DNA of 64,000 bases from Fimicolochytrium jonesii (GCF_025526975.1 NW_026515686.1:310001-374000), one strand, 5' to 3'; shown: positions 1 through 11,339, counted from the stretch's first letter. Numbers and translations are program-made. The notes: generated from the sequence alone by a model not told the origin.

Positions 1-326
1 CTCGCTTCGTCATGTGGTCGTCTGTCAGCATCCCTAGAATCGGAGCGCCTCCCTCGTGGACTCTCGCTCTCCCTCTTTATTCCTCTCGGTGATACAGATC
101 TATCCCTGTGCGGTCTATCCCTCTTTTTATCTGTCGGCGATCCGGTCCTATCCCGGTTCTTCTCCCGTCTGAAGTTTCTCGGTGATGAAGACCTATCCCT
201 GTGCCTCTCCCTCTTTATTTCTCTAGGTGATGAAGACCTGTCCCTCCGCGACCTGTCCCTCGAATGCCGGCGAGATCCTCTGGAGGCATCTATACTCGAA
301 TCACGGGGCGGCCTTCGTGAGGACAT
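1..326 (-). CDS. 5' part of an RS/RD-rich protein (probable splicing/RNA-processing factor); runs off the window
   Basis: ATG at 326 opens a frame MSSRRPPRDSSIDASRGSRRHSRDRSRRDRSSSPREIKRERHRDRSSSPR... that stays open to position 1, with repeated RDRSxSPR units. Missed by the ORF track because there is no stop in the window. Confidence 0.7.
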   Translation of the reverse strand, partial: MSSRRPPRDSSIDASRGSRRHSRDRSRRDRSSSPREIKRERHRDRSSSPRNFRREKNRDRTGSPTDKKRDRPHRDRSVSPRGIKRESESPRGRRSDSRDADRRPHDEA

Positions 327-520
327 GTCGTTATTTGCTGTTTCTGTAACCGCTGTGAACGCTCACAAACGAAGCCAATGCAGTGGAAGTTGTCATGTTC
401 ACTTGCGTGGTGAATTTCATAGATGGACGCGACAAGGTCTCCTCGAAGACCCCAAAAACATGCAGACTGCAAACTATCCAAAAAGAAGACTGGGAGGTCC
501 ACTGACTATCTGCACTAATC

Positions 521-2086
521 CTAATGTCTATCTGCAAGAGAAGAAAAGAATCGATTGGCGCTGCGACCTTCCCGTCTTCCAGGTTGTGTTTCAGACGAGG
601 ATCCGCTACCACTACGCAACAGAGGTTCCAACCCTTCCAACAACATCAACATCATCTCCAGTCCATTCACGCTTGACGATGGGCGTGCTGTGCCTGGTAG
701 GCTGAGCGCTTCTCGGTGCGTAGAGCGTTGTCTGCTAACAACATCTGTGCGCTCAAAATCTGTGAATACATCCGTCCGCGGACTGTCTGATGAGGGGCCT
801 GTGCCATCATCGCTGTCGGCGCTGTTGATGATATCCTGTGCTGCCTCTTCGGGATCTATGGCCGCCCACCGCAGTAATGGCAATGGTATGAACAATGATG
901 GAGACGCGAGCGTCGTGGTTGCAGTCGTTGTCGACAACCCCTTTGCCATTCCAGCCAATGTTCTTGACGCCAAATGTATCAGTCGCCTTTGTGGTGCGTC
1001 CATCACCATGGTATGGAATGGATCATCCAGCGCGAGTGTAGACGTGGATGCATAAGCAAAGGAATGACTGGCACGGAACGGTGCGGCGTAAGTGGGGTAT
1101 CTGCACTTCAAAGCTGAAAGCGTGTTGGGGGATGTGTATGTGCCGTTCAGAGCATTCTCTAATGAAATTTGCGAAGCTAAACTTGATGGCGGGCGGCATA
1201 GGGTGGCTTCCACTGGCTGCGGTGGTCCACCCAATGTACGTACGATTTCCCCAGCGCTGTTGACTCGCCAGATGGTTGGCTGGACACGAGAGCTGGTTGA
1301 ACGCCGTCGAGCAGATGCGTCCGTATCTGTTTCGTTGCTTGCATCTGCACCCCCACTCAAATCTGGATTGCTTCGAATCCGTGAGCCCCAGGGGCGAACC
1401 ACCATGTATCGCCCACCCAGGGACGACCGATGTTCTGTGACATTGCTTACAGGCTCCGTTGACGCATATGCTGCATTCAACGCTTCATCCGACCCTGAGG
1501 TTTCATTTTTTGTCGCCGGCTCATTGCTGCTCCGCTTTTCTGCACCCGTCTCTGGCTTACGCGCTCCTGCATCCGTTTCCACGCCTTTCGCTAACCGTGT
1601 GGACTCCTCTTTCGGCGTTTCCACAACCAGCAAGGGTAACCTGGTCGTCTGCTCTCCCGATACAGCTTCGGGCCCATTCACACCTATCGAACGCTCCCCA
1701 GTGCTTGCTCCTCTGGCTCTCCTCGTCGAAAAGTCTCCCACAGCGTTCTCACGAGGGGGCAGTAATAAACGTCTCCTGCCCGTTGGCCTTGTATTGTTCA
1801 ACACCTCCAGACTCCGAACCCTCATCTCTCCAACCTGCGAACTCCGTTGCCGCACCCCATTATTGTCAGGAACATAGTTCCGCGCGTGCTCCACCTGCTC
1901 ACTGTCCGGTTTGGCAGCCGGCAGGCGAGTGCGCGAGCTGCCCGAACTTGGATTCCGAGGCCTTCCAACGATATTCACCCCGGCCGCGGACGGTCGACTC
2001 CCACTTTGAGCTCTGGAATTGACGCTTATATCGGGAAGCGACCTCGATACCGAACTGGCGCTGGTCGGCATCTGCTTTTGCCTCAC
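521..2086 (-). CDS. Hypothetical, largely disordered S/R/T-rich protein; 5' end uncertain (possible upstream exon(s) to about 2340-2440)
   Basis: 521-aa ORF with no recognisable domain. A plausible phase-2 intron (about 2166-2095) would join an upstream exon. Confidence 0.55.
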   Translation of the reverse strand: MRQKQMPTSASSVSRSLPDISVNSRAQSGSRPSAAGVNIVGRPRNPSSGSSRTRLPAAKPDSEQVEHARNYVPDNNGVRQRSSQVGEMRVRSLEVLNNTRPTGRRRLLLPPRENAVGDFSTRRARGASTGERSIGVNGPEAVSGEQTTRLPLLVVETPKEESTRLAKGVETDAGARKPETGAEKRSSNEPATKNETSGSDEALNAAYASTEPVSNVTEHRSSLGGRYMVVRPWGSRIRSNPDLSGGADASNETDTDASARRRSTSSRVQPTIWRVNSAGEIVRTLGGPPQPVEATLCRPPSSLASQISLENALNGTYTSPNTLSALKCRYPTYAAPFRASHSFAYASTSTLALDDPFHTMVMDAPQRRLIHLASRTLAGMAKGLSTTTATTTLASPSLFIPLPLLRWAAIDPEEAAQDIINSADSDDGTGPSSDSPRTDVFTDFERTDVVSRQRSTHREALSLPGTARPSSSVNGLEMMLMLLEGLEPLLRSGSGSSSETQPGRREGRSANRFFSSLADRH

Positions 2087-2545
2087 GCGGCCGCTGCTTC
2101 GTTATCGTCGTAGAGTCGTTTGCAGCGCTGACGTTGGACCCCAGATGTCCGGTATGAATACGTTTACGATGTTGGTTGTGGTCGCGTGAGTGGGGTTATG
2201 ACGTTGGGCTTTCGCGTGACCTTCTGCCCCTTTCCTTCGGCAGCTTGTTTTTTTTGGCAGTTTTGTACTCCGACTTCGTGATATATACCTCCAGGACGAC
2301 GAAGGAGGAGCAGGGTGGTTTTGGAGCGCTGTTGAAGCTGTTGTGATCACCCGTAAGGCGAGCGCTTGCAGGTACGAGCTCAACGATTGAAAAGCACGGG
2401 TGCGCTTCACCATGCTCCTGATAAGCTTTGTCTGAAAACTTACAAATATCCGCACGTTCAAACCCGCCGAACCCTGTCCTTGTTCAGGCCCCCGAGTTAC
2501 AAATCCGTCCAACGTTCGGATAGTTTACGAGACTCGCCATCGACC

Positions 2546-3410
2546 ATGTCCTCAGCAGTAAAGCCCGCGGCTCATCACGAGCGCATCCCGCTCTCATACA
2601 CTCTCGCCGCCGAAGCTAGTGCAGCCTTCGGTGCAGCAGCCCTAGTAGCGCCAATCATCACTATCGTCGACCGTTCCATATTCCTGAATGCATCTGGAAC
2701 GCAGCCGCTCCTGGCGGGTCTTGTTTCCGGGTTCAAGACTCTCTTCACCAATCCGCTATCGCTCGCGAAGCAACCCGCCACTCTGCTCATGTTTGGGGTC
2801 TACGCTGGAACGTACCTCACGGCGAATACAATACAGTCTGTGTGCGATTATGAGGGCTGGGATTGGTTCTATCCAAAGTTCATAGGAACGAGTATCGCGA
2901 ATGTTGGGTTGTGTGTGGGCAAAGATGCTACCTTCACAAAGTGAGTGATGAGAGATGCCTGGGGCCCACTTTTGCAGTCAGCTGATCGTGCTCCGCGATA
3001 GATGGTTCGGCACTGGCGCCTCGAAACCTGTCCCATGGAGCTCCTATGGGCTCTACACCACGCGCGATGTCATGACTGTGTTCGCCTCCTTCAACCTTCC
3101 ACCAGTTCTGGCTGCAGAGATGACATCCTCGTTCGGCATAAGCAAAGGAACCGCTGAAGTCGCCGCACAGTTGATCACACCATGCGCGGTCCAATTCATC
3201 TCGACGCCGCTTCACTTGTTGGGCATGGACTTGTACAACCGACCAGACGCAACTCCACCGCAACGGCGAGCCCAGGTGCAAAAGGAGTATGCGAAATCAA
3301 CGGCCGCTAGAATAGGACGCATCTTTGCGGCGTTTGGGATCGGCGGTGTGGCGAACCAGAGGTTCCGATACGAGGCGAAAGAGCTTTTGAGACGCTCATA
3401 CCTTCACTGA
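2546..3410 (+). CDS. Conserved fungal multi-pass membrane protein, mitochondrial-carrier-like, function unknown
   Basis: Two exons, intron 2941-3001 (gtgagt...gatag). Motifs LVAPIITIVDRSI, YAGTYLTANT, RDVMTVFASFNLP, QFISTPLHLLGMDLYNRP, RIFAAFGIGGVAN. Confidence 0.75.
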
Positions 3411-4976
3411 GTGTATGCTTTCTGGATTGGACCCAACACCAGCATCTAGATCCATAGAACTCTGGTTAGATCTTGCGCCTCTATCTAGGCTTGATTATAT
3501 TAGCATGAAGACGCTGTAGACCTTCCCAATACAATTGCTGTACACAGGATCCGGGACGGACTAGGAACAAATCAGGCCGTGGAGGAGCGGGCCCGTGAAG
3601 AACTGCAGGATGCCTCTGGCCGCTTGTCCGGGCATGAATGTTAATTGAACCCCGATTTCAAGAAGGATGATCTTTATATCCCAAACACGGCGGAAGGATA
3701 CGTAAAAATCATCGCCATCCCGTCCATCCGTGCACCAGACTCATTAAAAAAACTCCAAATCGATATCCAACTTGGAAGCAAAAGGAACTGGTGAGAGAAA
3801 ATCGTCGGTACTTTCGTCATTTCACACCGCGCACTCCAAACCGCAAAACGCTCGTCAAATGAGGAAAAAGGTATCTTTTAGGACAACGGGAGCGAAGCAA
3901 AAGAGTGGAGAATGGGAGTATCGATCTCCCTGCCTCTCGCATGTTAGGCGATATGTGCTAAGCGAGCGCTCTGCCATTTGAGCTAATTCCCCGCACTGGT
4001 ACGCTGATTGTTTAGGTTTTTGTCAATAAGTAAAATTTGCGACAGCGTCTGCGCATCCGCCGCCAATCCCCGCTGCAGTCCGGACGCGACCGACCGTTTG
4101 CGTATGCATCTGGACGCCCTGAATCGAAATAACCGCTGCTGAAACGTTGCTTGCGGTAAGATGGTGCAGTAGATGGGATGCCCACCACGTCTACTGCAAA
4201 GTGCAAGAATTCAGAGATGTACGGTCCGGGGCACCCGCTGGAGCTGACCTATTGCTGCACGTTGTCACGTTCTTTTGAACTGAGCGTGCGCCGGCATGTG
4301 GCGGACCCAAGGGACCGGAGGGATCTGAGACGGATGCCGGCTATGTTTCCGAAAGAAGGAAATGCAAGGTGCTCTCCACGAAAGCGCCATCCTTCGAGTG
4401 CTCAGGAGCTAAAAGTCCATCTTAGGTAAGTGCATTGACGCGTTTCCGACGCCGTTTGGACGGGCAAAAAAGGGATTGGGGTGAGCCACATGTGAATGGG
4501 AGGGAGCTCTTGGGCGGCTCCGTATATGGTGTTCAGAGGGAACTCCACATCGTTCAATGGGATGGAGATGCCGCTTGCAACGGGTGTGCTTGATAACGTC
4601 TCAATAGGCGATGTCGTGACACAAGGATGTCTCTGGGCGGATGCATCCTTCCTGGCGGGGACAGAAGTGCATTACGCCGTGCAAGCGGTTGAGGTGGAAG
4701 GAGACTTGAGCCCGCTGTCGAATGTCATTTGATGAAGCATCCGGCCGAAAGCAGTAACATGACTCGGACGTTCGTTGGAAATCAGGGAGAAGTGTACCAT
4801 ACACATTATCGAGCCCATGTAATTATCTTACAAATATACACACATCCACATAGGCACATCGTCCAAGCTTACCAACACGTAGGATCAAAGCAATGAAAAG
4901 CGATAAATGTCCAAAAAGTCCTGAGATACTCTATTGTAGTTTAAGCATGCAGAAGGGAGGAAGAAGCCATCACCGT

Positions 4977-6378
4977 CTATACCACCAGTCCGTTCCTCGC
5001 AATTGACACGACCAGCTCGCTCGCGAGGGCCTCACCATCGTCCTCAATTCTATGCCTAATACTCTCCGAGTCCTGCAGCTCGGCAGCCCGCAAAATGTAT
5101 TCCGCCCAATTCCCCTTGTAGAAATCTGACTGCGGCATCTCGACGCTGCATCCGTACGGCTTCATCAGATTCTCCACCAGGCCTTCCTCCTCCGCAAAGC
5201 CGGATCGCGGCACGTACACAAGTGGTACGTTGTGAGCGACCACCTCGGAGCACGTTCCATACCCGCATTTGCCAAGAACTACATCCGCCGCGTTGAGCAA
5301 ATCTGGCATGTACCATTTCTCGGTCCGAATGCGGCGCAGACGGCCGGAGGCGTCGACACCCGCAAAGGGGCAGGCCACCAGGCCGTACCAGCCGTCCGGA
5401 AGAACCTGCACTGCCGTGAGCGCGTCCCCGCCGATCTCGAAGCCGCCGAAGGTAATCAGGACGCATGGCGCTGATGGGGGGATGTCGAGAGTCCTGCGGA
5501 CTTGGGCGGGCGGCATGCGTGCTTTGCGGACGATGAGGGGAAGTTCGATGGTTTGTGATGGGCGATCTTGGAAGGATGGTATTGGGATGTGGCCAGGCAT
5601 GCGGAGGAGGTAGTCTGCGTCTGCGTACATCTCTGCACACTGTTGAACCAGCCGTTTGTGGTGATCCGTGGTTCCGATGGCGGAGAAGATGGCGTCGAAG
5701 GTGAAGTTGGTGATCATGACGGAAGGAATGCCCACTTGCTTTTGAAAATGGAAAGGGATGGACCCGTTATCAGAACACTGTCGGATGCCCTTCCAGCCGT
5801 TACCTTCATCATACCTTTGCAACAACCGCTGGCAAAAACGGTGCATCCAAGCACACTACGTCCAACCGCTCATTTTCCATCCACACTGCCTCCTGTTCCT
5901 TTACGGTCTCCGCGCTTTCCAGAAACAGCTCCAATTGCCGCATTGTCTCGTCCACATCCACCGTGACGGGGTCTCTCTGCACCACACCGGGATCCAAAGT
6001 CGCGATGCTCCTTAATGTGCAGCTGAGGTATTCTTCGAGCAAGCCCAGGAAAATGAAGGATGGCGCCGAGCTCACGATGGTGACATAGTGGCCTAGCTCG
6101 AGAAGATACCGGATGGTGACCGTTGCCCGTCTAGTGGAGGCATTTGATGAAGAAGAGTGCATGAGGGAAGCAGCCCTGCGCTCATGAAAAGCAGGCAAAG
6201 AGAAACATCAATTACATACGTAGCATGTCCGAAACCTGGCATTGGAAGAAGAATCCCATACGAAACAGAAATTTAGGTATTCAGCCGAAATGATTTGAAT
6301 GAACCGATAGGTTGATTGGTGCCACTCACCATGTCCACTAATATAAAATGCTATCCGAAGCGGTCGCTCCACCGGCAT
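4977..6378 (-). CDS. GT-B glycosyltransferase-like protein resembling the N-terminal domain of plant L-arabinokinase
   Basis: Spliced product MPVERPLRIAFYISGHGFGHATR...DPGVVQ...DAPFLP...ITNFTFDAIF...LRMPGHIPIP...GKCGYGTCSEVV...YVPRSGFAEE. Three introns, including a 16-nt exon at 6221-6236. Confidence 0.8.
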
Positions 6379-6895
6379 AGCCTCAAGATCCGTGCACAAC
6401 ATTTGGTTCAATTTCTGGGTGCGAGTATCTGACTTTGCTTCGTATTTCTTTCGCTCAGGCTTCGGGAGAGCCCGACTCACTGGAGAAGACACGCCGGAGG
6501 AGGAGGGAAAGTCTCCGAGATGAAATACCGGGCCAGACCCAAGGGTCAACATGAAAGGATGACGTTACGATGCGCAACGGAATGGGAGGAGAAGCATGTG
6601 AAAGCTACTGGTCTTTCAGATGCGATGCGGGAAAGGTCCACAATGCTAAACTGACGCGTTCGAAGCTTTTTACGACGCGCGTCCAGGTTTTCAAATTAGG
6701 TTTCACGCGTTTTGTCCGAAATGTGTGTACTGTACTGTACTATTGGCAATTTGCCATTGAAGGAAATTCTATCGGATTACCAACGCTATCTATATCCGTT
6801 TAGGGAGTCTCTATTGAGTTGCGTAGCTCAGTGGATCGTTCAAATTCTAGGGTGGATTTATACAAATGGGGATATCTACATGCGGGTATGCGCAT

Positions 6896-7873
6896 CTACC
6901 ATGTGCACTTCAAGCTGTTGCACTCGGTGCCCTTTGCGACGGCCTTGTTCTGAATGGCCGTGCACGCAACTGACATGCCTTGCTTGGAGATGCATGCGTT
7001 GAAGTCGTTCCACAGCTGGCGCTGCTGGTCCCAGCACTGGGGCTGAACATCCGCGCAACGGGTGGTGCCTGGAGCAGTGGTGGGTTTGGGTGCAGGTGGT
7101 GGCGCGGTGGTAGCGGTGGGCTTGGGAGTGGCACGCGTCCTGGTCCGGCGGGTTTGACTAGGCTTGGGGACAGCGGTGGAGGGTTTAGGAACGGGAGCCG
7201 CGGTTGTCGGCTTGGGTTGAGGGGCGGCGGTGGTAGGCTTGGGAATGGGAGCGGCGGTGGTAGGTTTTGGGACGGGAGCAGCCGTGCTAGGCTTTGGGGC
7301 GGTACTCCCAGCAACAACAAAGTCAATGCAGCTCTCGTAGGTCTGGTTGGCTTCGCGGGAATCCCACCACCATTGGAGAGCGCATTGTCCGGGCTTTGTG
7401 CATTTGCCACCCAAGTCGGGGATGGTGACGGCGAAGTTGCGCTCGGCAGCGACTGCAGGAGTTCTCGTCGACGCGTAGACGGAAAAGTAGATCAACTCCT
7501 TTCCGATCAAAGTGTTCGTGGCGAGGTCGACAACGGAGACGTTGGCGGTACCAGTATGGGGTGCACGAATGTCGACCGTAATAGGAACGACTTGGCCAGC
7601 GGTGTAGGACTCCACGCGGTCGACGTTGTCCGCAAACGAATATCCCTTGCAAAGCTGGAGGTTGCACTTAGAGGGATCCGTACCGGCAGGCAACTTCTGC
7701 ATCAAGTCCTGCACATTGCCGTTGGGATCGGCGGCTTGGGTGTTGAAGATGGCGTTTCCGCAATTTGTCTGGTACGCCGGACCGACGGTGCGTCCGACGG
7801 GAGATGTCACCCGGCCGTGGGCAGCGACGCTGGTGGCCAAGGCCAAAAGGGGAAGAGCTGACTTGACTAACAT
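6896..7873 (-). CDS. Secreted AA16-family lytic polysaccharide monooxygenase with P/T linker and C-terminal 6-Cys module
   Basis: 18-aa signal peptide then N-terminal His (HGRVTSP). AA16 hallmarks LCKGYSFADN, VDIRAPHTGTANVSVVD (second His) and CALQWWWDS..QTYESCIDF. Intronless. Confidence 0.9.
   Translation of the reverse strand: MLVKSALPLLALATSVAAHGRVTSPVGRTVGPAYQTNCGNAIFNTQAADPNGNVQDLMQKLPAGTDPSKCNLQLCKGYSFADNVDRVESYTAGQVVPITVDIRAPHTGTANVSVVDLATNTLIGKELIYFSVYASTRTPAVAAERNFAVTIPDLGGKCTKPGQCALQWWWDSREANQTYESCIDFVVAGSTAPKPSTAAPVPKPTTAAPIPKPTTAAPQPKPTTAAPVPKPSTAVPKPSQTRRTRTRATPKPTATTAPPPAPKPTTAPGTTRCADVQPQCWDQQRQLWNDFNACISKQGMSVACTAIQNKAVAKGTECNSLKCTW
7070..7305 (-). repeat. Coding tandem repeat, (PKP[ST]TAAPx)n linker
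   Basis: About 5-6 imperfect 9-aa (27-bp) units in the AA16 linker. Confidence 0.8.
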
Positions 7874-9576
7874 GGCTGTGATGCTTGAGATGTCGCGAAT
7901 GGGGATGAACTGGGGGAATGTGGAGTTTGGCGCCTTCTTAAATACCCTTTTTCACCTCGCTGCAGGCGTCATTCCTTCGCTCGGGTCCTTCAAGAGATCT
8001 CATGCATCGCTACATGCGGTAACATCAACCTACGCTTTGTATCGATGTTAGGGCAACGGTATCCACCGAACGCATTTTTGTGAGCTGCCGTAGGACGGAT
8101 GCCCAATGGAGCAAGTGCTCAACGACGCTGGCCGCGCTCACGGCGGAGCGGGCGGTATAACCTTTGTAAGCGAGGATGACAGCCATTGTTCAAGCTTGGT
8201 TTCCGTCGTCCTCGACACGAGGGCCTGCACAAACCAAGATCGAATACCGACAAGTTTTCGAGTTTCACATTTCGTGCGAGGTCCAATGGTGTCAGAAGTT
8301 AAAGTTCCCGGGTGGGGTCCCAATCCACGATGCTGTCGATCGAGCGACGCCATTGGTTCTTTTTTGCTGACGTAAACCGCGTTCATATGCAAGCCCCGTC
8401 AAAATTTGCGTTGCGAATAGGACCAAACCAATGTGGCAGAGCCAAGGTGCGTTGGACTCTGGATGCTATGGATGAAAGCAGCCAGCTACATACTGTACGT
8501 ACAGTATGTGTGCCTTCCTGACCAAAAGAGCACAGATCTCCAGATTCCCTCCAGCCTTGTTTCTCGACAACGGCTCATCTAGAACACACAGATTTTATTC
8601 GACCTAGCTCTGGTAATGTTACAGGGCTAGTTTGCGAAAGGAAACCGAATGGCTGATGATGGACTTGGTCCAGCACCTTCTTTGGAATCATATGCCCAAA
8701 TACCATTCACGTTGAGTGAGTATGCTGCCTTCATCTCCACTCTGCTCCTGGAAATTGAATGTCATGGAAAAATAGCCTTATCCTCTCTAGCAGCAAGTGC
8801 TTCCTCTCAAAGTGAGAGAAAAGGACCGCGTACTGTCGGTCCAGCTTTTCCTTCGGCCGCTGCTGCGGCGCTGCCAAAGAATGCTTTGTGCAATGCATAT
8901 CGTCTATGCATTCCGGTCCTTTCCAACGGTGAGAAAAGACGTTCCTGATGAACACGCGCTGAATTCATTTTTTCGACGAGAAGGAAAGAAAAAAGCCCAG
9001 CCTTTGCCCCTGCACGTTAGATTCAAGTGGATGTATCCAACAGAGATGAGCTGGGATGGGTAGTGTTGTCGCCTTTACCTGTCTATCGAACGGTCAAGGA
9101 AAAGAAAGGCAAAAATCATTGAAAACGCGATGTTCCATCCAAACGCGTTACGCGTCAACGGGCTTTTCTGCAGGTAGTATCCTCAGGTTGGAATCGTAAA
9201 GAGTTTGGCCGGCTTCTGGTACATGAAATCTGGGCAATGATTTCGACCCTGCACATCGGAATACCGTGGTAGGAGTTGACGGACCCCCGGTGCACGGACA
9301 TCGGTACTAACGGCAAACACGGTTCCCAGACAGCCACTGGCAATCCCCGATTGTTTGGAGTTGGAGGGGTGACGACGCCGCTCCACAATAATGCCATAAA
9401 GGCTCTCGCACAGCCTGGCAGCGTGAACGAGCATGCGTTGCGGCGATTCTCTGTCTTTTCTCCAAACCGGATAGAACACGCATATATACAGCTGTACAGC
9501 GATATCGGAGGCCTCTCACTTCGCAAACGTTCCTCGACGCTGCGAACCTCCACTTCCAGTTGATATCGCAAACGAC

Positions 9577-10929
9577 ATGGCTACCATCGACCCAAAAACC
9601 TGCCTGCAGGACCCGAACGTGCAGGCCTACCTCAAAAATGCGACGAGCGCCACAATCCAGACGGTCATCGGCACGACCATCGAGCGGGTGACCTACACGC
9701 TGGCTCCGGCGGCCCTGGTGAGTGTGAAGATTCTTGGGCCCTGGCTTCGTCTCGCTCCGATGGGGTCCATTGATCTGATATGATATTTTCGGCAAATCAG
9801 ACATCAGGCGCCATCGCTCCGATCGTACTCTACAACCTCTTTATCTGCATGCGAAGGCTCATCTTCAGCCGCCGCAATCTCCGCTCCCTGAGTCTCCTTC
9901 TCGGGTTCCTCGCCATCGGATTCAGCATGGCCGTTCTATGGCATGTCCTGCTCACACCGAACTCACGGACGCTGGGTGGCCTCGCCCTTGGAATGTGCGG
10001 CTACGTCGTTGCTCTGTTTTCCCTCTGCACCGCCGGGACGGTCAGATTCGCCTTGCCACTCGCCAAGAGGGCACGCCAACGGAGCTTGTACTGGGTCTCC
10101 GCGTTCATGACCCTCGGCTTGAGCGCCGCCACGCTCGCTGTCGGATTTATGGATCTGAACACACACACGGGGGACGCGGCTTCGTTCCAGTTCTCCCTGG
10201 TGTTCAGTTACTTGAACTTGGGACTTCCCGCCTGGTACGGTCTCTGCTCCATTGTGTGCTTCTCTTATCAGGTGTGCTTCTTCTGTCCCATTGCATTGGA
10301 TCCAAAGCCGAGCACCTTCTAACCCTCCGACACATCTCTAGCTCTACAAAACCCGCCAATCCATCGGAAGCCTGAAGAAGCTGAAATCCTTAGAAATCGC
10401 GAACCACTTGCTTGTGGTCCTCAACATCGTCCTCATCGCCTCCTACATCGGTATATCCCATTCACACACTTCCAGCGAATCATTTTCGTTCATTCGACTC
10501 ACCCATGCCTTTTCCTTTCCCCTCGTAGCCCTCGTCCCCTTCGTGAAGCGCGACCAACGTTTCGACTCTCCCCTTGCCATCCTCTTCGGCTCCCTCTTCC
10601 TCGCCATCGAAAACAACTTCGAAGTCGTCTCCGACGTCGTTCAGCAAACCGCGACCTCCATCGAAGCCAACAGCTATGCCCTCGGTAGCGTCAAGAACTC
10701 TGGCAACGGCAAACAGACATCCTCCCAGGTCCCTGTCAGCAACAATGGTTATGGAAACAGCAACAGCCTGTCGGGAGGATCGGGCAATGGAAGCGGAAAT
10801 GGAAGCGGAAATGGAGGCATGTATGGCACCCAGCCTTACCTTCGTGATGGAGCGCAACCGGGTTACCGGAGTGAATACGGGACGTACAGGGGTGAATCCA
10901 AGTACGGAAACTCCAGTCACGGATTCTAG
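9577..10929 (+). CDS. Seven-transmembrane (GPCR-like) orphan membrane protein
   Basis: Four exons (introns about 9718-9800, 10271-10340, 10451-10528) give seven hydrophobic segments, a VRF at the end of TM3 and a G/N/S-rich tail. Confidence 0.7.
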
Positions 10930-11339
10930 ATTCGGCGACCGTCTCGTTCGACTCGATAGTTCACATCCATGTATACCATCTCGCATGCCCCACTCCATTC
11001 ACGAACTGCACGCTGGTCGTTCAGCCCATTTCCATCTGTAGATTTGCATCAATACGCTGGCGTATCATATAGACTTATCCCGCTTGACCCTCAGATGGCG
11101 TATACTAGTGTACAGTACTTTCCATATGTATGTCTCGTCAATAGAACACTTCAAGGCTATGTTTTTGAAGAACGTCGCCGGGTTTGAAATCGACTGAAAG
11201 CGAAAAGTGATGAGTCGCGCCGAGTGTCATCAGTGGGCCACGTTTGGATTCCACCCGCCCCGCCAAGTGAGAAAGGTGCGAAACAACTGGCACCCAAACA
11301 CCACTTTATTTTACGGCAATCAACAACAAGGATAGCAAC

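Noticed and set aside
60..260. Short spaced repeats resembling a CRISPR array
   Set aside because: They encode RDRSxSPR peptide repeats on the minus strand; eukaryotic context and no cas genes.
2087..2104. Stop-codon readthrough joining ORFs 2102-2512 and 521-2086 (same frame, single TAA)
   Set aside because: TAA in a non-leaky context; an intron or a downstream ATG start explains it more simply.
6816..6847. tRNA-like A-box (TAGCTCAGTGG) followed by B-box-like GTTCAAATTC
   Set aside because: The boxes are only 3 nt apart and there is no anticodon arm or full cloverleaf, so it is not a tRNA gene.
6980..7861. Long antisense ORFs over coding genes (e.g. 6980-7861, 1092-1877, 16616-17128)
   Set aside because: Shadows of GC-rich codon usage on the opposite strand, with no protein-family motifs.
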